A DNA stretch of 64,000 bases from Camelus ferus (lineage: Eukaryota). The stretch's first letter is position 1, and each line of letters begins with the position of its first letter. A model generated the notes under the pieces. The model did not search any database and was not told the origin of the DNA. It saw only the letters and a program-made list of their open reading frames with translations. Below are positions 1-12,210 of this stretch, in pieces. The DNA is taken from NCBI RefSeq assembly GCF_009834535.1, contig NC_045696.1:17238001-17302000 (forward strand), read 5' to 3'. The position numbers and the translations under genes were made by a program.

Positions 1-1410
1 CAACTCTTAACCGCCTTTAGTTTCAGTCTCTAGGGAAATCATTTGATCGACCTATTTATTAGCCATCATTCCCATTTAAGCAAATAAAGTTATCAGAAAA
101 AGTACATTTCCTTAAATTTGTAAATTATCTAATAAACATTTATTTTAGTTTAGTTCAATCTAAACACAACCTCTAAAAAGAAATACATAGATAAGTTACC
201 AACAATAGTATATTTTTAAAGAAATAGAAAAAGCCAAGAGTGATGGGGTGAAAAACTTACCAAACTCCAAAGAGTCAAAGCAAGAGAAGCAAAAAACAAA
301 AAACAAAACAAACAAACAAAAAAACTCAACAACATAATTAGAGAACAACTCTTTATTTCTGAAAATATTTATCAGTCTATGGCTGCTGTTTATCATTGCT
401 TTCCAACCTTGATCTTCCATGTGATCTTCGAAGTCAGCAGCTAGCTGTTATGCTTAGTCTTGTGGTTACAGTTAATTCTATTTTCTTAGCCACTAAGGTT
501 TTTAAAATTTGTGCATCTGTGGATTTAGCTAATTAATGTATATGTAAACTGTTTTATGTGCATTATCTCTTTTACCCTCAAAATAATCCAATAAGGTAAG
601 TGCTATAATTATGTAGTTCGTAGATTAAACAAATATATAAAGACTTACTAACATCCATATGCATTATTTTCATATATAAAATATTCTCTATGTTTCTAGG
701 TATGTTTTTGATTTAGTGACACATTGTATATAGGTGAATAATTGATTTCTTTACATATTATTTAAAGAATTTACTAAAGTCAATGTAATGTTTAAGGCAT
801 TAAAATACTGAATGCATTGCTTCCTTTGAAACAGCAACAAATTGATTAATTTCACTTAAAAAATCCAGTCATGGTATAAAATTACGCTAGGAAAATGGCC
901 CATCAGATCTGAATTAATTAAGTGGCAACATTATAACATCTAATTTAATAATCTAAGGAGGAAAATTCTGGGAAGTTAAGGAAACTGTTGATTGATTGCA
1001 ATTGATCTGCAATTATCTGTTCATTACCATATCACATCCTTGACAGCTTAACAAAGTCAACCTTGATAATGATAATGAAGCAGATAACATCACACTGTAC
1101 ATAAAGATGTGGCTTTACGAAATTCAAGATGTGTACTCATAAAATACTAAAGCTTGATTATGCTGATTATTGTTTGGAAAATTGCATTCAACTATATTTT
1201 TATCCATTATTGAAGCTGTTGTTATTTTTCTGAGACATAGTATGTGTCTCTAAGATTGCATATATTTATGATTTTCCAATATGTTTCATATGTGTATGTT
1301 TGAGTATGTAAACAACCATTTTAATACAATTATGTTGCACAATGACTGGGAATAAGTTACTGGAGCACTCTTATAGACGTATAAAAAATTCTCTAAAGTG
1401 TAACAGTTGA

Positions 1411-1510
1411 GAGGTGGGTATAGCTCAGGGGTAGAAAGCAGGCTTAGCAGGCAAAAGATCCTTGGTTCAATTCCCAGTATCTCCAGTAAAAAAAAAATTA
1501 TAATAAAATA
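1411..1510 (+). mobile_element. tRNA-derived SINE, camelid type (Vic-1-like)
   Basis: GGGTATAGCTCAGGGGTAGA..GCTTAGCA..GGTTCAATTCCCAGTATCTCC with A/B boxes and an A-rich tail; 17-bp TSD AAAGTGTAACAGTTGAG (1395-1411) / AAAATGTAACATTTGAG (1510-1526), 2 mismatches. Confidence 0.9.
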
Positions 1511-1724
1511 AAATGTAACATTTGAGTAATGACTAAATACTCAAAAAATTCTTAAAGAATTTCACAAAAAAATTGCAAGTATAATCATAGTTTGAGAAAC
1601 ATTTGTTATTAATAAATAACTTTTTGGGGTTTAGTAGTAACTTTTCCAGGTATTTGTGAGACTTCAAGGTATTCAGTTTGATTAAGATTTTAAGGGCAAA
1701 ATTTATCTTCAGAATTCAAGTATT

Positions 1725-1791
1725 TTTCTTTTTTTTCCTCAAAGTATAGTTGATTTACAATATTGTATTAGTTTCAGGTGTACAACATAGT
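1725..1791 (-). mobile_element. L1 extreme 3' end fragment
   Basis: poly-T followed by AAGTATAGTTGATTTACAATATTGTATTAGTTTCAGGTGTACAACATAGT, the reverse complement of a laurasiatherian L1 3' terminus. Confidence 0.75.
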
Positions 1792-3434
1792 CCATTTTTA
1801 TTTACTTGAGAAACTTCAAGTTTACTGAAGAAGCTATGTGAATCCCATTGCAAGTAAAAACCATTTAATTTAATGAAAACTTCAATAGATATGTGGAAGT
1901 GATAAATCTCAGAGAAACACCATGCACCACTTGTCTCAGTTCATTGCTACACATAGCCGTTAATTTTCAAATGCACTGGTGGATGGTCAGGGAGGCATTA
2001 GTCTGTAAACCAACATGAATGAGCATCTTAAACATTGCTCACTATTCTTTAGGCAAGAAAGTACATGTTTCTGCCAAGTAAACTTATCTTAGAAGTCATT
2101 TTGCTTTTGTGTTGCTACTACAGAAATAACTACTAATCTAAAATTTAAGTGAGAAAAAATGATTCGAGACAATTTTAAAGCATACAAAACCCATGGGATA
2201 TTTAATTTATTTGCAGAAGCATGCAGGTTAAAGAATTGGTAATGTCTATAGTCCAATGATGGGAAGGAAACATAAAGTAGGAAATCATTTTAAATTTACA
2301 AAAATGAGTTCTGACTAATGCAGAAGTAAGCATTGTACCAAGCTGGCCATACACTTTTAAGCCCTCATATGAAAGCAACTTGGATAAACCGCAAGTGACA
2401 CATCTCAAAATACGTATCGACATTGCCTAAAGCATGAGCATAAACAAAAATATAAATTCCAAACATAATCTACAAGAAACTAATTTATAGCAATCTACAC
2501 ATGTGTATGATAAGGATGTCTGTACATGCCCCCCAATAGAATAACAATTCCTTATTTCTTTAGCACTCCTAATAGATCAAATTATGTTTAATCATCTAAG
2601 CATGATAGTGATAAATTAACTTTTCCCCATAATGCTATGTAGGAGGCTGTATTTCAACACTCTCACAACTAATTTATTTATTTTAATCATTTCAGAGGTT
2701 TGCTCTAGCAAATTCCAGTCTTTTGGTACAGACGTTACTGAAAACTGTTTTTCCAATAGTATATTAAAATTAAAAATTAAAAAATAATACCAATGAGAAA
2801 CAGTTCCTCTCTCCCTTTAATTCCTTGAAGTTTGAATGAAAAGTGATTAGGATCTGATCTGTCTATCTAATCTATCTGATTTCAATTGATCCTTATTTCT
2901 CATTAATTTTTAATCAAATATTTCTATATTTCTCCAACCTCATGACAAGTAACCTACACGGAACCACTATGATAATCCTTCTAGATTATAGTTACAGTGT
3001 ATGACTGTGTCTTTTTTGGCTGCCCCTCTGAAACCTTAAATTCATTCTCTAAAAAGAAGCGTATTTATGAATACAAAAATGTCTTGTTCAAACCCTGTTA
3101 ATATTTAACTTCTTAGGTCCTTGAAAATATAGATTTGATCAAGTCATTTAAAAGCCCTGCATGTTTAGTCTCTGCTTTCTGTGTTACTATCATCTTCTAT
3201 CACAACTACTTTTGTAAACTTGATTAAACGGTACTTGTACTCCAGCTGGAGTATCTCTTTTAGATGTCAACATCTAACTTGGAACAAATTAATTCAGCAC
3301 TTGGCTTCTGATTCTCAACTACTGATTTGGCAAATTTACTTCCTCTGTTTTGACAAGCCAAAGCATCAGGAGATGTTTGCTTTTGTATTACTAGGACAAC
3401 AGAATACTTTTGCTATTTAGTCTAAGTGATTTTC

Positions 3435-3655
3435 CTTCTTCTCAAGAAATATATGCTGAAGTATTAAGGGGTAATAGCTCATGATGCCCACAACTTACTC
3501 TGAATGGTGCAAAAATTTTAGATATATATTGAGGAGAAAATATTGCAAAATATTAAAAATCAATTAATCTAAATGAGAGGTACATGGATGTTGCTTGTGT
3601 TCTCAAAAATTTGCTATAGTTTTAAAAGTGTTCAAACTTAAAATTTGAAAAAAAA
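3435..3655 (+). mobile_element. old L1 (L1MC/L1MD-like) 3' UTR fragment
   Basis: ATGCTGAAGTATTAAGGGGTAA..ATGATG..CAACTTACTCTGAATGGT..GGTACATGGATGTT, ending in an A-rich run. Confidence 0.6.
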
Positions 3656-3679
3656 TTGTGAAAGTAATTCTTCTTATGG

Positions 3680-5150
3680 AATAACAGGGACCATATTCTC
3701 ACCTGGGACAATTGAAAGACTGATCTAAATATATGACACATTGCTTCACAAGACAACAATTAACAGGCAAGGAAATCCAGTGATCTCTAAGAGTTGGGAA
3801 AAAAATGAAATGAGCCCTAAAATTGTCCCAGATTACTGACCAGAGAGTTTATAGCCTACAGCCTAAGCGGGAGTAACCCAGGAAGTATCCACAGTCACTT
3901 CAGTTGATAAATTAAGGTAGTAATCCAGGGAAACCAAGGCATCTGAGTCTTCTAGGACAGAGTACCAGGGTGCTGGGGAAGAGAGAGCTGCCCAGAGAGA
4001 AAGTCTGGAGATCTGCAAATTGTTCATCACACATTATCAATCTGAGTATCGTTCAGGGCACATGAATGAGGAATCCACACGAGGCCAGAAAAAGAACTAT
4101 CTAAAATTTGAATATTAGAAGGAACTATGCCAAAAAAAAAAAAAAATACAAGGCAAGTAGAAAACCTTGTAATTCATGGACAATGAGTAGAATATAAAGA
4201 AGGATCTTACCCTGGTAGCCATGAAGAATTAGCCAGAGATTAAACATTGCATAAACCAAGTTTAAAAGCAGGACCCAAGATGATCAAATTGATTTCAAGT
4301 AACTTAACTGCATCTGAGAAAACAAAACCAAAACTCAAGAATATTTTTTAAGAATACAAATATTCAGCACCCAATCAGGTATATTTACATGATCCGGCAA
4401 TCAATCAAAATTGCCAGGTATTCAAAGATGCATTCTGTAGTTAAGAAAAAAATACATATTCAACCAAAATTAACCAAGAAATTATATAAATAATAATATT
4501 AGTAGAAAAATCTTAAATATTTTTAAAATAAGTATTTTGAAAGAACCAAAATGAACCAAACCAAAACAAAAAAATTCTTTCATCGAATTAGATCAACATA
4601 ATTGAAAAACAAAAACAAAATAAAACAACACAAAACTGTCAACCTACATATATTTACTCAGTGAATATACATTTCAAAAAGAAAATTAAATGAAGACAAA
4701 GTATAAAAACTTAAAAACTTTGTAACCCGCAGATTTGCACTGCAAACATTTCAAAGGAGTCCTTCACACAGAAGAGAATGTCACCAGATAGAAGCTTGGA
4801 TCTATACAAAGGATAAGGAGTACTATGAATGGCAACAAGGCTATAACTATAAAACTTTAATTTTGCGTGCCTAATTATAAGTTTAAAGTAAAACTTATGT
4901 ATTTTACAGTTTATAACATATATGGGAAGAGTGGAAGTATACTGTTGTAAAAGACTTATTCTGTAACAACATAAAGATGTTACAACCTTCAATCAACCTT
5001 AAAGTAATACAAAGAGCTAGAATACACTAGATAGAGAGATGAAATGGGCTCAAAAATAAAATAATATTCAAACCTAAAGAAGGCAGGAAAAGAGGAGAAA
5101 CAAAAGAAAGATGGGACAAATGGAAAAAAATAATAGATTCAAAGTTAACC
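3680..5150 (+). mobile_element. old L1 5' UTR/ORF1/inter-ORF relic (L1M family)
   Basis: A-rich strand with L1M-like segments (GAGCCCTAAAATTGTCCCAG, CAATCAAAATTGCCAGG, GAAGCTTGGATCTATACAAAGGA, AACCTAAAGAAGGCAGGAAAAGAGG); no intact ORF. Confidence 0.65.
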
Positions 5151-5164
5151 AATTTAAGGTAGAG

Positions 5165-5400
5165 AGAATAATTGGTTCCCAAAGATATATACACCCTAGT
5201 TCCCACAACTGGTAAATATGTTACATGCTAAATTGAACAGTGCAGGCATGATTAAGGATTTTAAAATGGGAAGATTATCCTGAATTATCCAAGTGGCCCA
5301 ATTATAATCTCAAGAGTTTTTATAAGGAAAGACAGGAGTATCAATGTCAGAGAGGGAGTATAGTAACAGAAGCAGGGGTCCGAGAGAGGAGAAACTAGGC
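5165..5400 (+). mobile_element. MaLR LTR fragment (MLT1D-like)
   Basis: TGGTTCCCAAAGATAT..ATGATTAAGGATTTTAAAATGGGAAGATTATCCTGAATTATCCAAGTGGCCCAAT. Confidence 0.75.
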
Positions 5401-6658
5401 TACTATTTTTGTTCCCTGGAGTCACATCTACAATAATATCTATCTCCCTCTTGTGAAGGTGCTTGAACTGTTAAAATAAATAGAATAAAGTCTGTAGCAG
5501 TTAAGAACCTAACATATGCACAATTTTGTTAATTACTACACACCTCATTTAGCCATAACATATTCACACGTCAGCCTGGTATTCATATGAAAAAAAAAAT
5601 GAAAATCGTTTTCCTAGATCAACACATTTTGCCACTAGGTGGTAGTATGTCCTTTAATCTTAATTCAAATAACATGCAACATTTTAGACTACAATTTCAG
5701 TTTATCCATTTCCATTGTGATGAATCAAGTAAATCACATGGTCTGCAGTTATAGTTTTGTTTAATTTCTATATTAACAATATTCTATAAAACATAATTTT
5801 CAAATGTTTACTGGAGACTAAGAGACATACGGGCTAAATACATTTGTAATAGATATTATTGTTCAGGTTTGTTATTATTCAGATAATGTAGATGTCTCTC
5901 TCTGAGTTTCTTAGTTCCTTGAAAGAGGTGTAGATGATTTTTATTGCTGCATATTGAAAAAAGTCCTCTGTGTAGCAGAGGATTATCTTGATACTTAAGT
6001 TATAGCTCATTAACATTCTATCTCATGTCTACTGCAAAAATAATTGTTCCTCTTCAGATGTTTTCCTTGGTGAGCAGCTACCAATACTTCAGTACTCTCA
6101 AGAGAAGAAAATACAATATAACAGACTCTACTTTTTCAGTTAAAAATAACAAAGAATTTCACAAGAAAATTTGTCTTACTCCTTTTCCCTACAATAGTGT
6201 ATGCGTTAGTTATAAAGCCCTCAAAATACCAATACCTTGTTGTTGTCAACACCTATCAACATAGATTTTATACATTACCTTTGAAAATGTGATTTCTACA
6301 GATTTATTTATTTTATCAGTGTAAGCACTCAATAAGAAGTATTGGCAAATTATTAGATACTAAATCTCTCAAATACTATGGTGGATGTGTAAACTAGGAT
6401 AAATTACCTGGAGTACAATTGGGAAATTTGTCTGTATTTTGATAAGATAAATGAGCACTGCAAATATATTTCTAAGAAAATAATGAGAAAGTGTGAACAA
6501 ATTAGCCATACAGATGTCCAGTGCAGTATTATTTATAGTAATTTATTTATAATCTAAATATCGAATAATATGAACTTGTTCAGTTTTTTATGATAAAGCA
6601 TACATTGGGAAATTAAATAATTATTGAAATCCCATGATGTCTTTGGGGTATGCCTGTA

Positions 6659-7856
6659 TACATTCTTCTCAAGCATTCTTGGAACACTTTGCAGGATAAA
6701 TCAAATGTTAGGTCACAAAACAAATCTTAACAAATTTAGGAATGTTGCAATCATACCAAGTATATTTTCCAACAATATGGAATAAAACAAGAAACTGAAA
6801 TTTCACAAATATGTGGAAATTAATTAATACTCTCTTGAAAAACCTATAGATCAAGGAAGAAATCAAAAGGGAAATCAGAAAATATCTTGAGACAAATGAA
6901 ATGAAAACATACCAAAACTTTTGAGATGCATCAAAAGCAATACTAACTGGGAAGTTTATAGTGAAAAATGCCAAAATTAAAACACAAAATAGATCTCAAA
7001 TAAATAACTGAACACCTAAAAGAAACAGAAAAAAAAGAACAAAATAATCCCAAAGTTAGCAAAAGGAAGGAAATAAATATAGAAGAAATAAATAAAATAG
7101 AGAGTAGGAAAACAATTTAAAAACTTAATGAAATGAGTTGGTTTTTATAAAAGAATAAGACAATTTATAAGCCTTTAGCAAAATTAATGAAGAAAAAAAG
7201 AAATAAGTCTCAAATAATGTCAGAAATGAAAGAGAAGATATTACAAATGTTAAATAAATATAAAAGGTTATAAAAGACTACTACGGACAATTATATGCCA
7301 AAAAAGTAGATATTCTCAGAAACATAACATACCAAGACTGAATCATAAAGAAAGGGGGGCAGAGGGTGGGAAGGGATAGACTGGGATTTCAAAATTGTAG
7401 AATAGATAAACAAGATTATACTGTATAGCACAGGGAAATATACACAAAACGTTATGGTAGCTCACAGAGAAAAAAATGTGACAATGAGTGTGTATATGTC
7501 CATGTATGACTGAAAAATTGTGCTGAACACTGGAATTTGACACAGCATTGTAAAATGATTATAAATCAATAAAAAATGTTTAAAAAAAATAAAATCTTAA
7601 CAGACCTGTAACTAGGAAAGATTTTGAATCAATCTTCAAAAACCTCCTAAGAAAAGCCCAGGACTTGGTGGATTTATCAGTGAATTCTACTCAGAATTTA
7701 AAGAAAAATTAACATCAGTCTTTCTCAAACTCTTCCAAAGCATTAAGGAGGAAGAAATACTTCCAAACTTATTGTATGAGGCCAGTATTACCCTAATAGC
7801 AAAGCCAAAGAAAAATTCTCCAAGAAAACTACAGACCAATGACCCTGATAGATAAT
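6659..7856 (+). mobile_element. L1 ORF2 fragment (end of endonuclease to start of RT), degenerate and interrupted by a younger L1
   Basis: translates to TFFSSILGTLCRINQMLGHKTNLNKF (endonuclease HGTFSRIDH..GHK motif) and KSPGLGGFISEFYSEFKE (KSPGPDGFTGEFY motif); stops and frameshifts present. Confidence 0.9.
7354..7590 (+). mobile_element. young camelid-type L1 3' end (5'-truncated) nested in the older L1
   Basis: GGGTGGGAAGGGATAGACTGGGATTTCAAAATTGTAG..ATACTGTATAGCACAGGGAAATATA..CATTGTAAAATGATTATAAATCAATAAAAAATGTTTAAAAAAAA; host L1 ORF2 resumes at AAAATCTTAACAGACC. Confidence 0.85.
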
Positions 7857-7908
7857 GAATTTGAATTAGTCAGATTTTACAGTTGTCTTAACATTGAATG
7901 TCTCGGCT

Positions 7909-7950
7909 GCCTGTGGCCATACCACCCTGAACAAGCCCAATTTCGTCTGA
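7909..7950 (+). pseudogene. 5S rRNA tailless retropseudogene (nt ~1-42 of 5S)
   Basis: GCCTGTGGCCATACCACCCTGAACAAGCCCAATTTCGTCTGA versus 5S GTCTACGGCCATACCACCCTGAACGCGCCCGATCTCGTCTGA; TSD TGAATGTCTCGGCT (7895-7908) / TGAACGTCTTGGCT (7948-7961). Confidence 0.88.
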
Positions 7951-8267
7951 ACGTCTTGGCTAGCAGTTGTCTCTAGCTGCATGTATTTACAGAATCTTAG
8001 TTCACTGACAATGAGCTGGCCATCTGGTCAGAAAGATGATAGCAACAGAATTTTCATATCTAAGGTTTTCCCTTCTGGGAAAAAGAATTTTGAGAATTTT
8101 GTTGATCACAAATGCCCATAATATAATCAAAGTCTCACACGTCTCTTCACATCCTAAAGCCACACTAATCTTATTAAGACGTTCTTTACCCTCTTTGGAG
8201 TGCTAGACATCATTGGAAGTGATCAAGACACTCATTTCACTTCACAAAATACACAACACTGGACTCA

Positions 8268-8812
8268 TGTATTAGTCAAGATTCTCCAGAGAAATAGAAC
8301 CAGTAAGATGTATACATTTATATAATATAAAGAGATTTTAAGTAGTGACTATGGAGTTGGCAAGTCCCAAGATCTGCAGAATGAGTCAGCAAGCTGGAGA
8401 CCCACAGAGCCAAATGTTTAGTTCCAGTCTGAGTTCAAAAGCTTAAGAATCAGAAGAGCTGATGGTGTAGTTTCAGTCTAAAGGTCAGCAGGCTCAAGAC
8501 TCAGGAAGAGCTGATGTTTCAGTTTGAGTTAGAAGGCAGAAAAAAAAAAAAAAGGTCCCAGTGTGAAGGTCATTGGGCAGGAAGGCCTCTCCTTACTTAG
8601 GAAGAGTCAGTGTTTTTGTTCTAGGCAGACCTTCGACTAATTCGATGAGGCCCACCTACAACAGGCAAGACAATCTGCTTTATTCCATCTACAATATTTA
8701 AATGTCAATCTGATCCACAAACACCTTCTTAGAAACATTCAGAATAATGTCTGAGCAAATTTCTAAGCACCTCATGACCCAGCCAAGTTGACACATATAA
8801 TTAGTCATCACA
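8268..8812 (-). mobile_element. ERVL solo LTR (MLT2 family)
   Basis: TGTATTAGTCAAGATTCTCCAGAGAAATAGAACC ... AAGTTGACACATATAATTAGTCATCACA, the reverse complement of MLT2 termini. Confidence 0.85.
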
Positions 8813-8950
8813 GCCCATGTCGAAGGCATTCAATCAAACTTTCACATCCTTACCACTCTCTTAGAACATCACGATGGCTTACTTGAACAAATTCAAATAC
8901 AGTAAAATGAACCGTGACCCATTTTAGTTTAGTCATATATTGGGGTGAGT

Positions 8951-9352
8951 TGTAATTGAATCTGAATTCAATTTTGTTTTATTGTTGATAATTTTCATGC
9001 CCCACTCCTCCCTTTCCCTCTTCTGTTCCACATCTTGGCAAGCCAGCAATACAACCTAGCTCCCTGCCTTGATGCCAGTTGGAAGGTCAAACCATGTAAA
9101 CAGCATACCACATACACAAGAGCCCTCGGCCTGTCCCCAACAGTAACTGCAATAAAAGGAAAGCTAATAATCTCTGTTTCCTCAAGTCATTTTCTGACCT
9201 GCTTGGAAGCCTGCTGCACTCTCTCCAGAAATCCTCATCATATGAGAAATAAAGCCTTTAATATCCCCTTGATGCATGCGTAGCATCGTCAGTTTAGATA
9301 TCTAACTAAATTTTAGGTCACAGGCCCATTCTTCCTTCGCAGTGGATCACAA
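8951..9352 (+). mobile_element. ERV1 LTR (MER110/MER90-like)
   Basis: starts TGTAAT..TCTGA; contains CCCCACTCCTCCCTTTCCC..CCCACATCTTGGCAAGC and an AATAAA signal; related to 42269-42588. Confidence 0.55.
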
Positions 9353-10339
9353 AATCTCTCTTGCTTCTGTCTTCCTATAACATAACACCTCTTTCTAACC
9401 TGGCCATCTTGCCTTTATATCCATACCTTTGGATTTAATGCTTATAGTATGACCTTATAGAATTGACATGACTATACTATATATAGCTGAAACCCATGTT
9501 ACTCAGAGACAAGAAGATTACCTAAAAAGTAAAATAAATATAAAGCAGATCTAACTATATATATTTATTTTTCCTCAAGAGATATGGTAAAAGAAATTTT
9601 GTACGATGCTTGGGTATGCAGTTTATCCTGCAGCCTGTGAATCAAACTCGCCTAATCCTCTTACTGGGAGATGTGTGCCACTGTGTTATAATCTAACAAC
9701 AATTAGTATTTTTTTATTTCTGCTTTGCTACCATATTATTAAATTGTATCCAGAAAAAAAAACATATAATGGATCTTACTAAAAAGCATATATAATAGTT
9801 ATGGTAAAAGATTAAACAGCAAAATGACTTCAGATTAAGCCCTTAAGTATAAAATAATATAAAATTATAGAGCAGTCTTGTTGCACTCATTATCAAGTTA
9901 AATATGTGTTCCAAAGTCGACCTCTTATTTTCTTTCTTTTAGAAGTGCAGCCTATGTAGGTCAAGTAGGCAAGCAAAGTTCCCACAGCAGGGTATACAAA
10001 TTTGAAACCTTTCAAAAGGCAATGTTTTTATTCCCTTTAATTAGGCAATTAATTCTACTGGCATTTATAGGCTGCATGTGGTGAGAGAAAAAGAGATAAA
10101 GAAAAGCAGTAAAATCAAATATTTCAATTTTACTTTAAAGGTCACTGAATTATATGACCTACCTTAGAAGTATTTAACTTGAAATAAAGAAGTCAAGAAA
10201 CAAATGAGCTGAGTAACTCAAGTTGTGAAGTTTGCTACTTTAATTAGAATGTGAAAGATTTCTTTTTTAAGAACTCTGGTATGCTTAAATGATCTCTTTG
10301 TAAATGCCTTGAACTAAAGCTTTTTTACTATCTCTTGTT

Positions 10340-10462
10340 TTATTATATATATATATATATATACACATTATATTAATTATATTATAAATATATATATAAT
10401 ATAAATTATATTAATTATATATATAAGTTATATATATAAACATATTATATATATATAAATAT
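10340..10462. repeat. (TA)n-rich low-complexity tract
   Basis: almost entirely A/T with many TATATA runs. Confidence 0.9.
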
Positions 10463-11069
10463 TTAGTTTATCTTTTATAATACAAAATGTAGAGTTAGAA
10501 GTTTTTCTTCTCTTGTATAACAAAAAAATATATTTTCAGTGAATATAAGCAAGCATATTCAGGCTTCATTGCTATGTCTTTGAAGCAGAATTAATCTTCT
10601 AAAAAGTTATTAATATTTACTAAAAAGTATTTATTAATTTTATGTATAAATTCCAGATAATATTATTAATTCATTTGTCTCTTGGTTAATGATTACTATC
10701 TTAGTGAAAGAAATAATGGAATATTTCAGAAAAACTTTTATACATAAAACAATTCAAGAGAAAAGGTATAGAGGTTTTGAATATCATATACAATAGCTAT
10801 ATATGAAAAATGCCTTGTAGAAAAGATAATACATTTTCTACGACAGCTCCAATAGGATGCAAAAGACCCATACATTTATTACATATTAGGACATACGAAA
10901 ATTCTGAGTAAATTCTCAAAAGAGAAAAATATACTGACAACACATAATAAAACTAGAAAATAAAAACAAGGTGTTAGGGAAAACAAACAGATCTCCCTTA
11001 AATACAACTTAGGTTAAGTGGTAATTACAAATTAGTGTATTTTTTAGTTTAGAATACAACAATGATTAC

Positions 11070-11575
11070 TATGGAAGAGATTGCTATTTGTCCCCCAATA
11101 TGGATTGTAAACATATCTATTAATAGAAGTTTTGGACGGACCCTTGCTCTGCAGCTAAAGACTGTATTTGTAAGCCTCTCTTCTGGCTACATACGAATTA
11201 AGGTCTAGATTCTGACCCTTCATTAAGGGGCTAAAAGTTATGGGTACAATATTCAGGTGATGCCGTTTAAGGAAAGGAACACACTGTCCCCTTTTTCTTT
11301 TTTCTTCCAGCTGACTACAGTGCGGATGTGATGCTGAGACCAAAACCAGGGCCATCTGATTGACATGGCAAAAAAACAAGAGAGAAAGAGTGTGGGCCCA
11401 TAACTTTTTAAGCTCTATTTCCAGCACTGGCTATTTATACTTGGATTCATACCACAGAAAAGAGAAAAAAAAATGTTTATAATATTTACTTTTTGCTACT
11501 AAAAGACATAAAATACCCAAAGCATTATATTTTTGTGTTACTTTATTATAGTTCCCTTACTTGTATCTCAGCTAG
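11070..11575 (+). mobile_element. old MaLR LTR (MLT1I/J-like)
   Basis: CAGCTAAAGACTGTATTT..AGCCTCTCTT..AAGGTCTAGATTCTGACC..GATGTGATGCTGAGAC..GCCATCT. Confidence 0.55.
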
Positions 11576-11858
11576 CAGATTTCCAATTTTTCTCCACTAC
11601 TACACCTAAGACATAGGAACATAAATTCATTCTCCAGAAGTGCTTTCCTCATTTCCATTGTTTTCAAGTCTTTCCTATACCTCCTGGTCATGATACAGAT
11701 CTCAAGCCCCAACTGTTATACTAAGTTTATAAATTAAATAACTATTGATTTGCTAAAGAGATCGTCATTGTGAATTTGGAGAGTGTTCAAGTGTCAATAA
11801 TAAAATGTTAAAACGGAACTTATCTAGATGTAGGAAACCCTTTTAAAAACAATAAATT

Positions 11859-12210
11859 TGAGACAGGAAAGAAGGAAACAGGGCACCACCATTAAAACAA
11901 TGGCACAGCAATTGAAGATTGGTAAACTGGTTGAAACCGACTAAGTCCAACACGGCCAAAGATTCAACTTCCAGTAGACCTTGAGCCTCATTATATGCTA
12001 AATGACACACCCACAAGTGCCACGACATTTCTGAGTCTGGCTATAAAAGGGCAAAAAGTAGGCAGGGGCCCAATTCCAGAAAATCCCCACCCCTTCCGTA
12101 AAATAGTTGGAACAGTTTTCCCACTTGTCAGCCTGTGGAATTACCCAGCCCGTAAAAACTAACCACCCCACGCCCTGGGGCTGTGTCTCGTGCTTTCTGA
12201 GCACTCTGAC
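11859..12210 (+). mobile_element. ERV1 LTR, MER41-like (artiodactyl lineage), 3'-truncated
   Basis: TGAGACAGG start; GACCTTGAGCCTCATTATATGCTAAATGACACACCCAC..GCCACGACA..CTATAAAAGG..AATTCCAGAAAATCCCCACCCCTTCC. Confidence 0.7.

Noticed and set aside
1411..1490. Functional tRNA gene
   Set aside because: The stems are degenerate, and the A-rich tail plus TSD identify a SINE.
2202..2430. Possible minus-strand exon (TTTAG acceptor followed by an open frame with a few CpGs)
   Set aside because: No recognisable protein similarity, no convincing donor site and no partner exons; it cannot be supported without conservation or RNA data.
6708..6974. 88-aa hydrophobic ORF
   Set aside because: It is the antisense reading of the L1 ORF2 relic.
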